Shown: positions 1 through 9,793 of the stretch, in pieces | How the letters are laid out: each line of letters opens with the position of its first letter | Numbering within the stretch: the first letter of the stretch is position 1 | Source of the DNA: a virus | Lineage: Duplodnaviria > Caudoviricetes | Reading direction: 5' to 3' (one strand) | Length of the DNA stretch: 64,000 nucleotides | IMG/VR virus record: IMGVR_UViG_3300028048_000054 | Made by a program: the position numbers and the translations under genes | The notes under the pieces: generated by a model | Told to the model about the DNA's origin: nothing | The model's input: the letters and a program-made list of their open reading frames with translations, nothing else | Databases searched by the model: none

Positions 1-216
1 CAATTCTTTTTCAAAATTAGCAACAAAGTCAGCCATAGTATTAAACTGTAATTCCAATACTGCATTATAATTTAATACCCTATTGTCCTCACTCATAGAG
101 AAATTTTCAGTTCTACCATAGTAAGTATAATCGGTTAGAGCAACATTTAATTCTTTCGGCTCTACTAATTCATAACTTGCTTTCACATCTACTTTTACAA
201 TACAAACTAAATTCAT
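1..216 (-). CDS. hypothetical early protein (partial, runs off window; absent from ORF track)
   Basis: ATG at 216 with GAGGTGGG SD; open frame MNLVCIVKVDVKASYELVEPK... to position 1. Confidence 0.7.
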   Translation of the reverse strand, partial: MNLVCIVKVDVKASYELVEPKELNVALTDYTYYGRTENFSMSEDNRVLNYNAVLELQFNTMADFVANFEKEL

Positions 217-256
217 AGTTCCCACCTCACACATATACTATTGTAGCATACTATAA

Positions 257-631
257 CTAATTATCAACTTGCAATTTCTTTTTCTCGTTCACTAACAATA
301 ACAACTCTTGCACTTTACCCATTGTTTCGGGGAAATTAGTGTTTGTATGTATATATGGTACACGCATTAAATAAAATCTTTCTGCTTTAACAATATACAT
401 ACTATTCAACTGCACCTCCTTACCATTTACTAATCTATATGTATGCAACCCCTCATAAGCCCTTTGACTTGTGGTATATTCAAACCAACGACTACCACCT
501 AGTCCACCACCACAAGTAACTGTCAACCTTAAAACAGTTTTATATCTCGGCTCGCCTACCCACTTGCAAGGGGTAAGAGGGTATTTAACTATATCCCCGT
601 CAAAAAATTTTATTTCGTTTTCCATAACCAC
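257..631 (-). CDS. hypothetical early protein
   Basis: ORF with GGAGGTG SD in packed operon. Confidence 0.75.
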   Translation of the reverse strand: MVMENEIKFFDGDIVKYPLTPCKWVGEPRYKTVLRLTVTCGGGLGGSRWFEYTTSQRAYEGLHTYRLVNGKEVQLNSMYIVKAERFYLMRVPYIHTNTNFPETMGKVQELLLLVNEKKKLQVDN

Positions 632-636
632 ACCTC

Positions 637-1278
637 CTAATCAACATTAGTCAAGTCAACCCCGTAGGTTTCCTGTGCCTCTTTACAAATTTTATTCCAC
701 TCGTCTAGGTCATTAGTGTTAGACCAATACTCATAACTATCAACATTTTCCTCGTGGAAATTATCATAAATCTCATACAAATCTATCGTACCTTCCCACA
801 AGTCCGTCAACATATTGCCGATAGTATGTAGTTCTAACTTACTGTCTTTTGGTACTGCAACAAAACCAACATTAGACGTGTCCCAGTTCCGTACTGTAAA
901 TTCCCCATTGTCTTTGTGTGGGCATTCAGCAACAGTAAAACTGCTACCACTATGGCGCAACTCGTGTACCCAATAGTAATTAAACTTATCCCCGTATTTA
1001 GCAATAACCTGTTTCTTAAAATCTTCAAACGGGGTATCACTATCCGTACTCACATTTATCTCGTGGATAGACCCTTTCCATTCGGGCAAACAAAAGTGTA
1101 ATCCAAGAGAGCCAACAAGATAATCATAAATCTCACTACCATTAAACCAGTAATCTGCCTGTACTTTACTTACTGTATATCGTGGTAACTCTTTAATAAT
1201 AGTTTCCACCACCACATTTTCGTTGCCTTGTTTTAATACTCTTTCGTCTTTGATAATCTTTTCCATAACACCCTCCAT
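637..1278 (-). CDS. conserved phage early protein (HSG...WD..G family)
   Basis: 213 aa acidic ORF with HSGSSF and WDTSNVGF motifs recalled from phage hypothetical proteins; own promoter upstream. Confidence 0.7.
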   Translation of the reverse strand: MEGVMEKIIKDERVLKQGNENVVVETIIKELPRYTVSKVQADYWFNGSEIYDYLVGSLGLHFCLPEWKGSIHEINVSTDSDTPFEDFKKQVIAKYGDKFNYYWVHELRHSGSSFTVAECPHKDNGEFTVRNWDTSNVGFVAVPKDSKLELHTIGNMLTDLWEGTIDLYEIYDNFHEENVDSYEYWSNTNDLDEWNKICKEAQETYGVDLTNVD

Positions 1279-1290
1279 TTCTATACTACT

Positions 1291-1319
1291 ATTCTAGCAT
1301 ATTTTAACTTACTTGTCAA
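1291..1319 (-). promoter_or_regulatory. sigma70-type promoter
   Basis: TTGACA-17-TAGAAT with extended TG. Confidence 0.85.
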
Positions 1320-1551
1320 CACCTTTCCAGTAAAACACAGTAATCTTTTTGCCTTTACTGTGCATTGTGTACTGCTTTACTTTATATCCCATAAACTCCC
1401 AATTATCTAGGATATTATTAAATGTATCTACATCTATAATTTTATGGTCATAAAGATATACAACCTTGTTATTAGTCCGTATGATTTTAAGCATATCACA
1501 CTCCCAATACCTTATACATCTTCCCCGTCTTAAAACAATACACATACTCAT
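1309..1551 (-). CDS. hypothetical protein (true start probably downstream, MLKII...)
   Basis: ORF in packed operon. Confidence 0.55.
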   Translation of the reverse strand: MSMCIVLRRGRCIRYWECDMLKIIRTNNKVVYLYDHKIIDVDTFNNILDNWEFMGYKVKQYTMHSKGKKITVFYWKGVDK

Positions 1552-1816
1552 AATCTAACGGGAAAGACATAACAATTTTATTAAAAAAGTAGTTCGTATC
1601 TCTATACACTCCGTAAGTCCACGACCTTTTAGACGGACTTAAACCACTCATACAAAACACACCCGTCTTATTCTTGCCCTCAAATATAGTGCGTAGTTTA
1701 TTTACAATATCAAACATTTCCGCACCGCACTCAACCAAATCAACACCCTCAACCTTTCCTTTTTTATTTTTCCAAATCACTCTTTTCATAACGCACCCCC
1801 GTACTGTCGTTTCCAA
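1496..1816 (-). CDS. hypothetical protein (probable start MKRVIW at 1789)
   Basis: ORF, ATGA-type overlap with upstream gene. Confidence 0.65.
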   Translation of the reverse strand: METTVRGCVMKRVIWKNKKGKVEGVDLVECGAEMFDIVNKLRTIFEGKNKTGVFCMSGLSPSKRSWTYGVYRDTNYFFNKIVMSFPLDYEYVYCFKTGKMYKVLGV

Positions 1817-2061
1817 ACCAATGTATCACTAGCATAATGTCTAGTTCTTTTACTGTTCATATAGGCAACCTGTTCGGCCTTGCTTTCGTCTTTATTTACA
1901 GTACAAGAAATAAATTTAATATCTTTAATTAAACCCCCATTTAATAGATTAGTTTTAAGAGCGCGTTTCACATCAGCAACAGACCGACCCAACATTGTAG
2001 TAGTATGTTTTTGTTTTTCCCCAAAACATTTATAGGTATAATTTACATTAAATAGTTTCAT
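1786..2061 (-). CDS. hypothetical protein
   Basis: ORF with GGGG SD. Confidence 0.7.
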   Translation of the reverse strand: MKLFNVNYTYKCFGEKQKHTTTMLGRSVADVKRALKTNLLNGGLIKDIKFISCTVNKDESKAEQVAYMNSKRTRHYASDTLVWKRQYGGAL

Positions 2062-2125
2062 AGGTTTCCCCCGTATAAATTTTAGTTATAGGGGAAGGGA
2101 ATGGAGTACCCTTCCCCCGTTCAGT

Positions 2126-3064
2126 TCACAGTAGTACATCTGCTAATGCTTGTATGTTCGCAACTGGGATAGTGTGGCAACCTATCTTCACAAACTTATC
2201 ATTGTTAGCAAGGATAGTATAACCGCCTACACTATGACCGACAATGTTATGCTTATGTTTCCAAGCCCTCAATGCGGTAGTGATAGCACTTACGGGCATT
2301 GTGATATGTTTGGTAGTGGTAATCTCGTTAGTGTCTTTTAATAGTTTCACAAAAGACGGACTAGGCACACCGAACATATTTATAAACAGTTCCCGTTCCT
2401 TCTCGTGCGTATGGTAGTAATCCCAGTTAAACATATAATCGTCAACCAAATCAAGTAAAGGTTTATTAGAAATGCTTTTCTTAAAATCGGCAATTTCTTT
2501 TTTAGTTTTCTCTGCCTTTGCTTGTGCTACTTTACGCACTCTCTCACTTGCTTTTCTAATGCTCTCTGCCGACAATGCTTTGCTCAAAAACTTATTAAAC
2601 TTTGCCAACCCTTTAATGCGTGTACCAGTAGCAACAACAAACCGATTAGCATTCGCAAGTAAAGTCAAGGCATACTCTCTGTCTTTTGCGCGTGTGTAGG
2701 TTTTTTTATCCCCTATCTCTCTCTCAAAATCTCTCGTAAAGTTCTCGGCAATAAACTTTAATACCTCTTTTTTAGTCCAATTAGAGGTATTGTACCCGTA
2801 TCTAAAGGGTACATTTATAACATCAAACGGGCAAGCCGATACTAATGCGCCATAATGTTTGCAAGTAGTGTGGGAGTAAAAACTATTATCTGCCAACAAT
2901 ACCTTGCCCTTCTTGCCCTCGTAAATATACCCGATACTCGTTCCATAACTACCAAAGGTATTTTTCTTAAACCAAGCCGACCTTGTATAGCAAGTTTCCC
3001 CGTTATTATTGTGAAAAAATGCGTGTCCTAAATCTACTACATTTCCGTATGCGTGTTTCGTCAT
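2126..3064 (-). CDS. conserved phage early protein with C-terminal KIGCHTI motif
   Basis: 312 aa ORF, GGAGG SD, own promoter, followed by GC hairpin ~2090-2120. Confidence 0.8.
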   Translation of the reverse strand: MTKHAYGNVVDLGHAFFHNNNGETCYTRSAWFKKNTFGSYGTSIGYIYEGKKGKVLLADNSFYSHTTCKHYGALVSACPFDVINVPFRYGYNTSNWTKKEVLKFIAENFTRDFEREIGDKKTYTRAKDREYALTLLANANRFVVATGTRIKGLAKFNKFLSKALSAESIRKASERVRKVAQAKAEKTKKEIADFKKSISNKPLLDLVDDYMFNWDYYHTHEKERELFINMFGVPSPSFVKLLKDTNEITTTKHITMPVSAITTALRAWKHKHNIVGHSVGGYTILANNDKFVKIGCHTIPVANIQALADVLL

Positions 3065-3110
3065 ATACTGCCTCCATTATTTTTATTTTCTACTGCCTTA
3101 CTACAATACT

Positions 3111-3139
3111 ATTGTAGCATATTATAACTAAAAAGTCAA
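3111..3139 (-). promoter_or_regulatory. sigma70-type promoter
   Basis: TTGACT-17-TACAAT with extended TG. Confidence 0.85.
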
Positions 3140-3143
3140 CACC

Positions 3144-3374
3144 TTACATTTCCAAGTAAGCACCACCAGTAATATCTGCAACAGGTACAAACTTAAAAGA
3201 GATTATTTTATTATTAGTGCCATACTTTTTATGTAGTTTCTTTTCAAACTCAACTCTATTGCAACTTGTCTTAAACTGGTAGTCATTAAAACCACCGATA
3301 GCCATACAATTAAACATACGAACGATAGCAATATACATATACACCCCCTTAAATATCGTCAAAACTATCCCCAT
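3144..3374 (-). CDS. hypothetical protein
   Basis: ORF; AGGGGGTG SD suggests start at MYIAIV. Confidence 0.6.
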   Translation of the reverse strand: MGIVLTIFKGVYMYIAIVRMFNCMAIGGFNDYQFKTSCNRVEFEKKLHKKYGTNNKIISFKFVPVADITGGAYLEM

Positions 3375-3549
3375 AAATAGAGCGCATTATACCTTGTACC
3401 ATTTTGTGTATTTCTGCCGTATCTTTGCGCCCGATACCAATGATATTTATTTTTACTATCTTTGTATGCTTACCCAGTTCATTTATACCATAGATATAAA
3501 TATCATTTTCCCCGTCAATAGTATAAGCATAGGATAGATATTTTTTCAT
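3349..3549 (-). CDS. hypothetical protein
   Basis: ORF, AGGGGG SD. Confidence 0.65.
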   Translation of the reverse strand: MKKYLSYAYTIDGENDIYIYGINELGKHTKIVKINIIGIGRKDTAEIHKMVQGIMRSIYGDSFDDI

Positions 3550-3854
3550 ACTATTGCCCCCTTATAGTTTCCAGTTTCCCAAACCCGATAAGTACCACCC
3601 AACCTATCCCACGACAACGGATAGCAAACACACATAAACCCGTACTTTTCGTAGCACTTATCCAAGTTCTTACTGGTATCTTTACAAACAAACAACCGAC
3701 TACACTTACTAGCACCCCAGTTCTTTTTGTTATGAGCGCACCATTTTGATACTACTTTTTGTGCCACAGTTTTATCTATTGTCTGCACCTTAAAAATATA
3801 CACTTGTGGCATATCCTTACCGATATAGTAGCCGACCATATAACCTTGTTTCAT
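3546..3854 (-). CDS. hypothetical protein
   Basis: ORF, AGGGGG SD. Confidence 0.7.
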   Translation of the reverse strand: MKQGYMVGYYIGKDMPQVYIFKVQTIDKTVAQKVVSKWCAHNKKNWGASKCSRLFVCKDTSKNLDKCYEKYGFMCVCYPLSWDRLGGTYRVWETGNYKGAIV

Positions 3855-3863
3855 AGTACCCCC

Positions 3864-4058
3864 TTAAAAATACTTTTCTAACTGTCTAAACTTTGCACTC
3901 TCTCTAATCAAAAAGTGTCCGTCTTTATAGAGTAGTGCGCCTTTGATTTTGTGCTTATAGACAAAATTATATGCTACTGTTTCATTTTCCAAATCGCATA
4001 CAAACACCTCTGCCATAGTTCCGTTTTTAGTTTTGCCATAGATATAAAGTGATACCAT
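3864..4058 (-). CDS. hypothetical protein
   Basis: ORF, AGGGGGTG SD. Confidence 0.65.
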   Translation of the reverse strand: MVSLYIYGKTKNGTMAEVFVCDLENETVAYNFVYKHKIKGALLYKDGHFLIRESAKFRQLEKYF

Positions 4059-4069
4059 ACTACACCCCC

Positions 4070-4516
4070 TTACTTACCACTCATAATGTTAGCCATTTTC
4101 ATTATAGCCAATGTACTCTCGGCTTGTTTTTCGTTAGTTATAGTAGTTTTTGATAAAGTTTCCTTCATAGACGGGGATAACTTATCATACTCGGCCTTAA
4201 AACTAGCCAAAAACTTATCACACTCGGCTTTAATTTTATCGGCAGTTCCGTCTATCAAAACCGCCCGTACATACTCCCTCTCATTGTTAGGCAGTTTCTC
4301 AATAGCATCCTCCAAAACACTCTCGTACTCAAACCGTTCCCAAGTACGATTATAATAACACCGCTTGCTAGTGTACCCCGTACCATAATCGTCTAAATTG
4401 TGGCAGAGATGACGGAAGCCATATCTTGTATTTTCCGTCCAACAAACAAACATAATCGTTTTGTTATTAGGTAAAGTACAACTAAAATTTTTGTAATCGT
4501 ATTTTTTGTAAGCCAT
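4070..4516 (-). CDS. conserved phage protein (GFRH...YYNRTWE motif)
   Basis: 148 aa ORF, GAGG SD, own promoter. Confidence 0.8.
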   Translation of the reverse strand: MAYKKYDYKNFSCTLPNNKTIMFVCWTENTRYGFRHLCHNLDDYGTGYTSKRCYYNRTWERFEYESVLEDAIEKLPNNEREYVRAVLIDGTADKIKAECDKFLASFKAEYDKLSPSMKETLSKTTITNEKQAESTLAIMKMANIMSGK

Positions 4517-4547
4517 AATGATACCTCACTTTATTAGTTATGCTACA

Positions 4548-4577
4548 AGTATAACATATTTTAGCATATTTTGTCAA
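4548..4577 (-). promoter_or_regulatory. sigma70-type promoter
   Basis: TTGACA-18-TATACT. Confidence 0.75.
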
Positions 4578-4621
4578 CACCTTTGATAGAATAGGGGAGT
4601 AGTAAATACCCCCCCCCCATT

Positions 4622-4897
4622 CTATGCAATAGGCCATAAATTGCACCCGTTATTTTTCAAACAACCATTTTCGGTCATAGTACAGATATAAGTATCTACT
4701 GTAATTAGTTTTTGTGGGATAGTTTTTGCCGATACATACTTAAAACCTATAAACCCCGTCCGTCCAAGATAAGCACCTAATTGTAAGGCAAATTCACGCA
4801 TAGTCATTTTATTATCGGCGCGTATAGCATACAAGTCCGTCATTGTTTCATTTTCACGCATAGGCACTTTACATTTTACAGTAATCACATAATACAT
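4622..4897 (-). CDS. hypothetical protein
   Basis: ORF, AGGGGGTG SD. Confidence 0.7.
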   Translation of the reverse strand: MYYVITVKCKVPMRENETMTDLYAIRADNKMTMREFALQLGAYLGRTGFIGFKYVSAKTIPQKLITVDTYICTMTENGCLKNNGCNLWPIA

Positions 4898-4907
4898 AAT
4901 ACACCCC

Positions 4908-5225
4908 CTATTTACTCATAGTTTTTGCCAAACTGTCCACATAATAAACCAAATTGCCATAGTTTCCGTTAGTCCAAAAGTCAGTAATAATCTTTTTATT
5001 AGTTTCCAAAAGATTATTTAATTTTTCCAGTTTTTTGCTACTTTTGCGCCCCTCAAACAAAGTAGTGATAAAGTTTCCGTCTGCAAAAGGGGTAAATTGA
5101 CGCATAATAACTCCACCCCCGTAGTCCTTTTGAAATTCCTTGTGTACTGATAATCTATACTGCCCGTTTCTATGTACTACCTCTGCAACTAGGTACTCAT
5201 TTTTATCGTTCAATTTTACTTGCAT
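4908..5225 (-). CDS. hypothetical protein
   Basis: ORF, GAGG SD. Confidence 0.75.
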   Translation of the reverse strand: MQVKLNDKNEYLVAEVVHRNGQYRLSVHKEFQKDYGGGVIMRQFTPFADGNFITTLFEGRKSSKKLEKLNNLLETNKKIITDFWTNGNYGNLVYYVDSLAKTMSK

Positions 5226-5921
5226 AGAATAAACCTCACTTTTGATAAATTATACTACTTTACGGGCATACCATAGACGGGAGGTAAGATGATACACCCA
5301 TAGAGTAGCATAATAGAGGGGGGTATTTTGGCGGTTTATAGCCGACATAGTACCCCCCCCAGTTCTCAATGTTTTTTTTGGTAATAATCTTTTTTAGCGA
5401 TTATTTTTCTATCTTATTTTGTCTTTTTAGTCAGTTATGATAATAAGCAACACAACCCAACATCACTATTCTACCCAAAAATAAAGACACTCTCACAATA
5501 CTCACAAAATAGACATACTACCTCATAAATTTTGTGATATATCCGCTTTTTGTTTATTTTTACCCATAATAAAAAATAGTATAGTATTTTTAGCATACCT
5601 ATAATATCCCATTGTTTCCCTCTATGGTATAATAACACCGCTTGTATCTTACTATTAGCGGAATGGTAGTCCATCCCTCATAAGTCAATTTCGGCTTTTG
5701 GTACTAGCAACTAATATCATTTTGTTTCGTAATAGGCGCAATATACCCGTATCATTGTTATATTGCCTTATGCTTATTAAATACCTAGCACAATTTTTCA
5801 AAGACCCGCCCTATAAGTATTTTTTGCTTTTGTATATAGTTTTTTATGTTTTGATACTATCTCATTCATAATATACTTATATACTATTGTAGCATATAGT
5901 GTTATAAGGCCACTCATTCAC

Positions 5922-6323
5922 TACACATATATTATAGCATATTTTGAAATCTTTTGCAATACCTTTGTTTCATAGTGCTAATAGTTATATAGGGAAATTA
6001 TACGATTATATCCGTATCGGTACTATATAACTAATATATTGTAATGTTTATTAAATATCGTTTGCGCCCTGTTTTTAGTAATGCGCCTTTACTGTTTCTT
6101 ACTACACTTATATTATAGCATTTTTTGGTACTTTTTGCAAGACCTTTACTATAATTTTTTTGTAAAGTTTTATTATACCACACGCGGGTTTTTATTTTCC
6201 TTACACATATATTATAGCATATTTTGAAATCTTTTGCAATACCTTACTGCTATATTTTGAAAAGGTTTTATTTTTCCTTTTCATACTTATATTATAGCAT
6301 ATTTTAGATATTTTGTAAAGACC
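5922..6323 (-). promoter_or_regulatory. array of four tandem early promoters
   Basis: Units at ~5922, ~6102, ~6202, ~6282 read TTGCAA/TTTACA-17-TATAAT with TG extension; 5922-5965 and 6202-6245 are an identical 44-mer. Confidence 0.85.
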
Positions 6324-6530
6324 TTGTATGATACCTTATTAAATTTATTATAGTATATTGTGGTATAGTGATTAAATGCTCAAAATTGACTTATAGCGCG
6401 TCTTTTGTTTGTGGTATAGATAAGATATAGGGCGCATAATAAAAATTGATTGTAGGGCATTTTTGATTGTTTCCCGTCTATTTATTATGGTATATTGTAG
6501 CATAGTATGGAAGGATATTTTTTAGAGGTC

Positions 6531-6559
6531 TTGACAATCTGCTCAAAATATGCTATAAT
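6531..6559 (+). promoter_or_regulatory. consensus sigma70 promoter with no downstream plus-strand ORF
   Basis: TTGACA-17-TATAAT with TG extension. Confidence 0.85.
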
Positions 6560-6695
6560 CCGCTATATTCCGCTTGCCGTTTTTAAGGATAGCCGACGGG
6601 AACAGCCACTATGGGATTATCAGATTCCAAAAATAATTTCTAGAATTGTGGAAAATTTTTTTTGGTAGAAAAATTTTTGGACTTTTTTATGGAAG

Positions 6696-7352
6696 TTAGT
6701 CTGTCAATTTTTTTGGAAAATTTTTTAGGGATTTATGTTTAGGCAGTCTATCTACTATATCAGTTATATCTGACCCAGCCTCTATATGTAACAATTTTAA
6801 TTTCTTACGTAGAGTATAATCTAGTACACAGGCTTCTCTTGATATATTAGTAACAGACATCAAATTGCCCTTATACACAAATTTAGGCCCCCAATGTCTT
6901 CTATTGAACTGATTAACACTTCTAGTAACCCATCGACAGTTTGATGGCTCATAATTACCGTTATTATCAATTCTATCTATTTGTAAATCATCTCTGTATC
7001 CGTTACTATAGGACCAATCATAGAACTTTTGAAACCCAGTTTTAGGGGCAGTCCACTCGTCACATATTCGTATCCCTCTTCCACCATAATTACTGTAATT
7101 CCATACTTTTGGGTTATAGCATCTTGACTTCATACCCATATAAATTCCATACAATCGAGTATATCTCTTCCCACGCAGTTTAGCACACCCACAATTCTGC
7201 TTCTTATTTAAATAATCGACTCGAGTAGTAAATACTTTTCCACACTTACACCTAACGGTAATCTTTCTTTTTGGCTCTATATTAATAACAACCAAATCAC
7301 CGATAGTTCTACCTATATAAACATTATTCATTTTTATACTGTCTTTTTCCAT
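6696..7352 (-). CDS. HNH homing endonuclease
   Basis: MKSRCYNP...YGGRGIRICDEW...IDRIDNNGNYEPSNCRW. Confidence 0.9.
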   Translation of the reverse strand: MEKDSIKMNNVYIGRTIGDLVVINIEPKRKITVRCKCGKVFTTRVDYLNKKQNCGCAKLRGKRYTRLYGIYMGMKSRCYNPKVWNYSNYGGRGIRICDEWTAPKTGFQKFYDWSYSNGYRDDLQIDRIDNNGNYEPSNCRWVTRSVNQFNRRHWGPKFVYKGNLMSVTNISREACVLDYTLRKKLKLLHIEAGSDITDIVDRLPKHKSLKNFPKKLTD

Positions 7353-7395
7353 AAATCAGTCCTTTTTATAAATTTTTGGTAGATTTTTTATAAGA

Positions 7396-7432
7396 AATAA
7401 CCCCTATTTTTATAAATTTTAGGGGTTATTTT
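7396..7432 (-). terminator. intrinsic terminator-like hairpin
   Basis: AAATAACCCCTA...TAGGGGTTATTT inverted repeat. Confidence 0.55.
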
Positions 7433-7446
7433 TATAAATTTTGACC

Positions 7447-7734
7447 TTATTTAGTGTGGGCCGTACAACCTTCTTTTAGTCTAGTTTCATATTGGTCACA
7501 CACTTTAATGACTCTAGGGACCATAGTAACTGTTCTTCCTATAGCGACTCCAGGCAGACCAGAGGCTCTTGGCATTGGGACTAGTCTGACTTCTGTATGG
7601 TGTTTGATACAGACCTGGTGGTATGGGTGCTTACAGGGATTAACCTTTATTGTGCCGAGTAACAGTAATATAAGTATAATACATACTGTTACTATTAATG
7701 TTATTGTTAAACACTTCCTATCTAATTCGTTCAT
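7447..7734 (-). CDS. membrane-anchored small protein
   Basis: N-terminal hydrophobic helix, Cys-containing C-terminus. Confidence 0.7.
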   Translation of the reverse strand: MNELDRKCLTITLIVTVCIILILLLLGTIKVNPCKHPYHQVCIKHHTEVRLVPMPRASGLPGVAIGRTVTMVPRVIKVCDQYETRLKEGCTAHTK

Positions 7735-8897
7735 TGTATATCCTCGCAGTTCTGGAATACTTGGTTTAATTGCCTGTTAACGATATAAAAGGTAGTTCTT
7801 TTTGGAATATCCTTTAATTTTGTGGCACCAATGTATGTCATAGTAGAGCGTATCCCACCTAGTATATCTTCCATTACTCTATTTGCGGGACCTGTATATG
7901 GGATTAATTTCTCTCTCCCCTCTGACGTTCTATAGTCCTTCATACCGCCAAAATGCTTCTCTTGGGCCAGTTTTGATGACATACCATAGAACTGTTTGTA
8001 CTTGTTCTCTTTATAAACATAGTGGGTATCGGTGTAATAGTCTAGGGTGTCATCGGGGTCTTTTTCATCAGTAGAATAAATATTACCGTCTGTTGATACC
8101 CAGGTGTCGTGGTCTATTTGGTTGGTTTGGTATCTCTTTGTTACCAATTTCCCTGCGGCTTCATCTGTACCTGCTAACATACCACCGAGCATTACAAAGT
8201 CGGCCCCAGCACCAAATGCTTTAGATATGTCCCCAGGATTTGTACAACCACCGTCCGCACATATCATACCACCTACACCGTGAGCAGCATCGGCACAGTC
8301 TAATATGGTAGATAATTGTGGTCTGCCTACTCCCGTTTTAAGTCTGGTCGTGCAAACTGAACCTGGTCCAATACCCACCTTTATTATATCTGCACCATTA
8401 AGGATTAAATCTTGAGTCATATCACCCGTAACTACATTGCCAGCCATAATAAGAATTTTTGGGTATCTGGTTCTTAATTCCTTTACAAATTTTAATAGGT
8501 TCGGAATATAACCATTGGCAATATCTACACATACTTTATCTATGGCGGGGTTATTATCCAGGAGTTTGAAAAATTCTTCTTTATTATCTCTTAGGCCGAT
8601 AGATACAAACTGTAGTTGTTCATACGTATAGAAGTGCTTATTTAATTGGTCGTAGGGGATATGCTTATGAAAACAAGTCATAGCCTCATACTGTTCTAAA
8701 ACTGCGGCCATATCAAATGTACCCGTGGTGGCCATATTAGACGCAATTAAACCACAGGAAACAATTTGCTCTGGGTAGTATTTGAATTTAAATACACGTC
8801 TGGCCACGGCCTCATTACGTGAGTTTAATGTGGTTCTTTTTGGTTGAAACAGTACATCACAGAAATCTAATTGTGGTTCAGTGTAAATTCTCGTCAT
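7731..8897 (-). CDS. guaC: GMP reductase
   Basis: LDFCDVLFQPKRTTLNSR, DIANGY, KVGIGPGSVCTTR, ADGGC, FYGMSS, YRTSEG motifs. Confidence 0.93.
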   Translation of the reverse strand: MTRIYTEPQLDFCDVLFQPKRTTLNSRNEAVARRVFKFKYYPEQIVSCGLIASNMATTGTFDMAAVLEQYEAMTCFHKHIPYDQLNKHFYTYEQLQFVSIGLRDNKEEFFKLLDNNPAIDKVCVDIANGYIPNLLKFVKELRTRYPKILIMAGNVVTGDMTQDLILNGADIIKVGIGPGSVCTTRLKTGVGRPQLSTILDCADAAHGVGGMICADGGCTNPGDISKAFGAGADFVMLGGMLAGTDEAAGKLVTKRYQTNQIDHDTWVSTDGNIYSTDEKDPDDTLDYYTDTHYVYKENKYKQFYGMSSKLAQEKHFGGMKDYRTSEGREKLIPYTGPANRVMEDILGGIRSTMTYIGATKLKDIPKRTTFYIVNRQLNQVFQNCEDIQ

Positions 8898-9273
8898 TTA
8901 ATATCTCCCTTCTTTTTGCCATCTGTTCTTCAATATATTGATTCCATAATTGAAACCAATTCTTTCTATATTCTTCCATCTCTATTACTAACAGTTGATA
9001 TGCTAATGATTTAGATTTTTCAATACCTCTGGTAGATAATACACTAATTATATCATTAATTGTGTTATCTATTCGCTTATCATACACTGGTGTTGGTTCG
9101 TGTAGATGAGCCATATGCCGTCTAAAACGGTTGATGGCATACTTCTCAACCGAGTTTAAGGCGTGTATGAGATGAGGTGTAGACATCTCACCAAGGAACA
9201 TACCTTTACCGTCTTTGGTTACCCATCTGCGTTTTGTGGGGTCAGTTACTTTCGTCTGTGGCCAGCGTCCCAT
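8878..9273 (-). CDS. hypothetical protein (W-x-T-x-DG...M...H family)
   Basis: ORF; N-terminus similar to 26913-27140. Confidence 0.7.
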   Translation of the reverse strand: MGRWPQTKVTDPTKRRWVTKDGKGMFLGEMSTPHLIHALNSVEKYAINRFRRHMAHLHEPTPVYDKRIDNTINDIISVLSTRGIEKSKSLAYQLLVIEMEEYRKNWFQLWNQYIEEQMAKRREILNDENLH

Positions 9274-9433
9274 CTTCTACCTCTATTACTTGTTGAGTTG
9301 CCATATAATCTTTCAGGAACTCTTCAATACTGTATGGTTGCTTAACTGTTTTAGAGCACCCAGCGATACATAATAATGCGATTAGAATCAATAGTTTTTT
9401 CATTTTATTTAGTCCACACTTACTCTTCTTCAA
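9242..9433 (-). CDS. putative small lipoprotein
   Basis: MKKLLILIALLCIAGC lipobox. Confidence 0.65.
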   Translation of the reverse strand: MKKSKCGLNKMKKLLILIALLCIAGCSKTVKQPYSIEEFLKDYMATQQVIEVEDGTLATDESN

Positions 9434-9791
9434 TTTTCACGAAAGATACACGTTCAGAATAATAGCCATTTGAAGTTCCATACCATCTTATATCTACATA
9501 TCCTTTTTGTGTAGCCAGTTTATAGAACGTCCAAGTAAAACTATAGTCATAGGTTTCTTTTGGATTTTCTCCAGAATTGCTATTTTCTTCAGCAATAAGA
9601 ATTTCACTTCCAATTAAATCTTCTACATCGCCTATTACATCATCAATATCAACAGTTTCACAACAATCCTGCTCGTGATACATTTTGTATTTTGAGCCAT
9701 CAGAACACACAAAAACAACTTCGTCAGACCCTTTTTCCAAGCCTTGTATGTCTAAAATTGTTTTCCCAACTAAGTCCTTAAATTCTGCCAT
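9420..9791 (-). CDS. conserved phage protein (HEQDCCE...WYGTSNGYYSE; DUF7448-like)
   Basis: characteristic motifs. Confidence 0.8.
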   Translation of the reverse strand: MAEFKDLVGKTILDIQGLEKGSDEVVFVCSDGSKYKMYHEQDCCETVDIDDVIGDVEDLIGSEILIAEENSNSGENPKETYDYSFTWTFYKLATQKGYVDIRWYGTSNGYYSERVSFVKIEEE

Positions 9792-9793
9792 AG

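Noticed and set aside
5922-6323. CRISPR array
   Set aside because: Repeat spacing is irregular (180/100/80 nt), repeats are explained as -35/-10 promoters, and no cas genes are present
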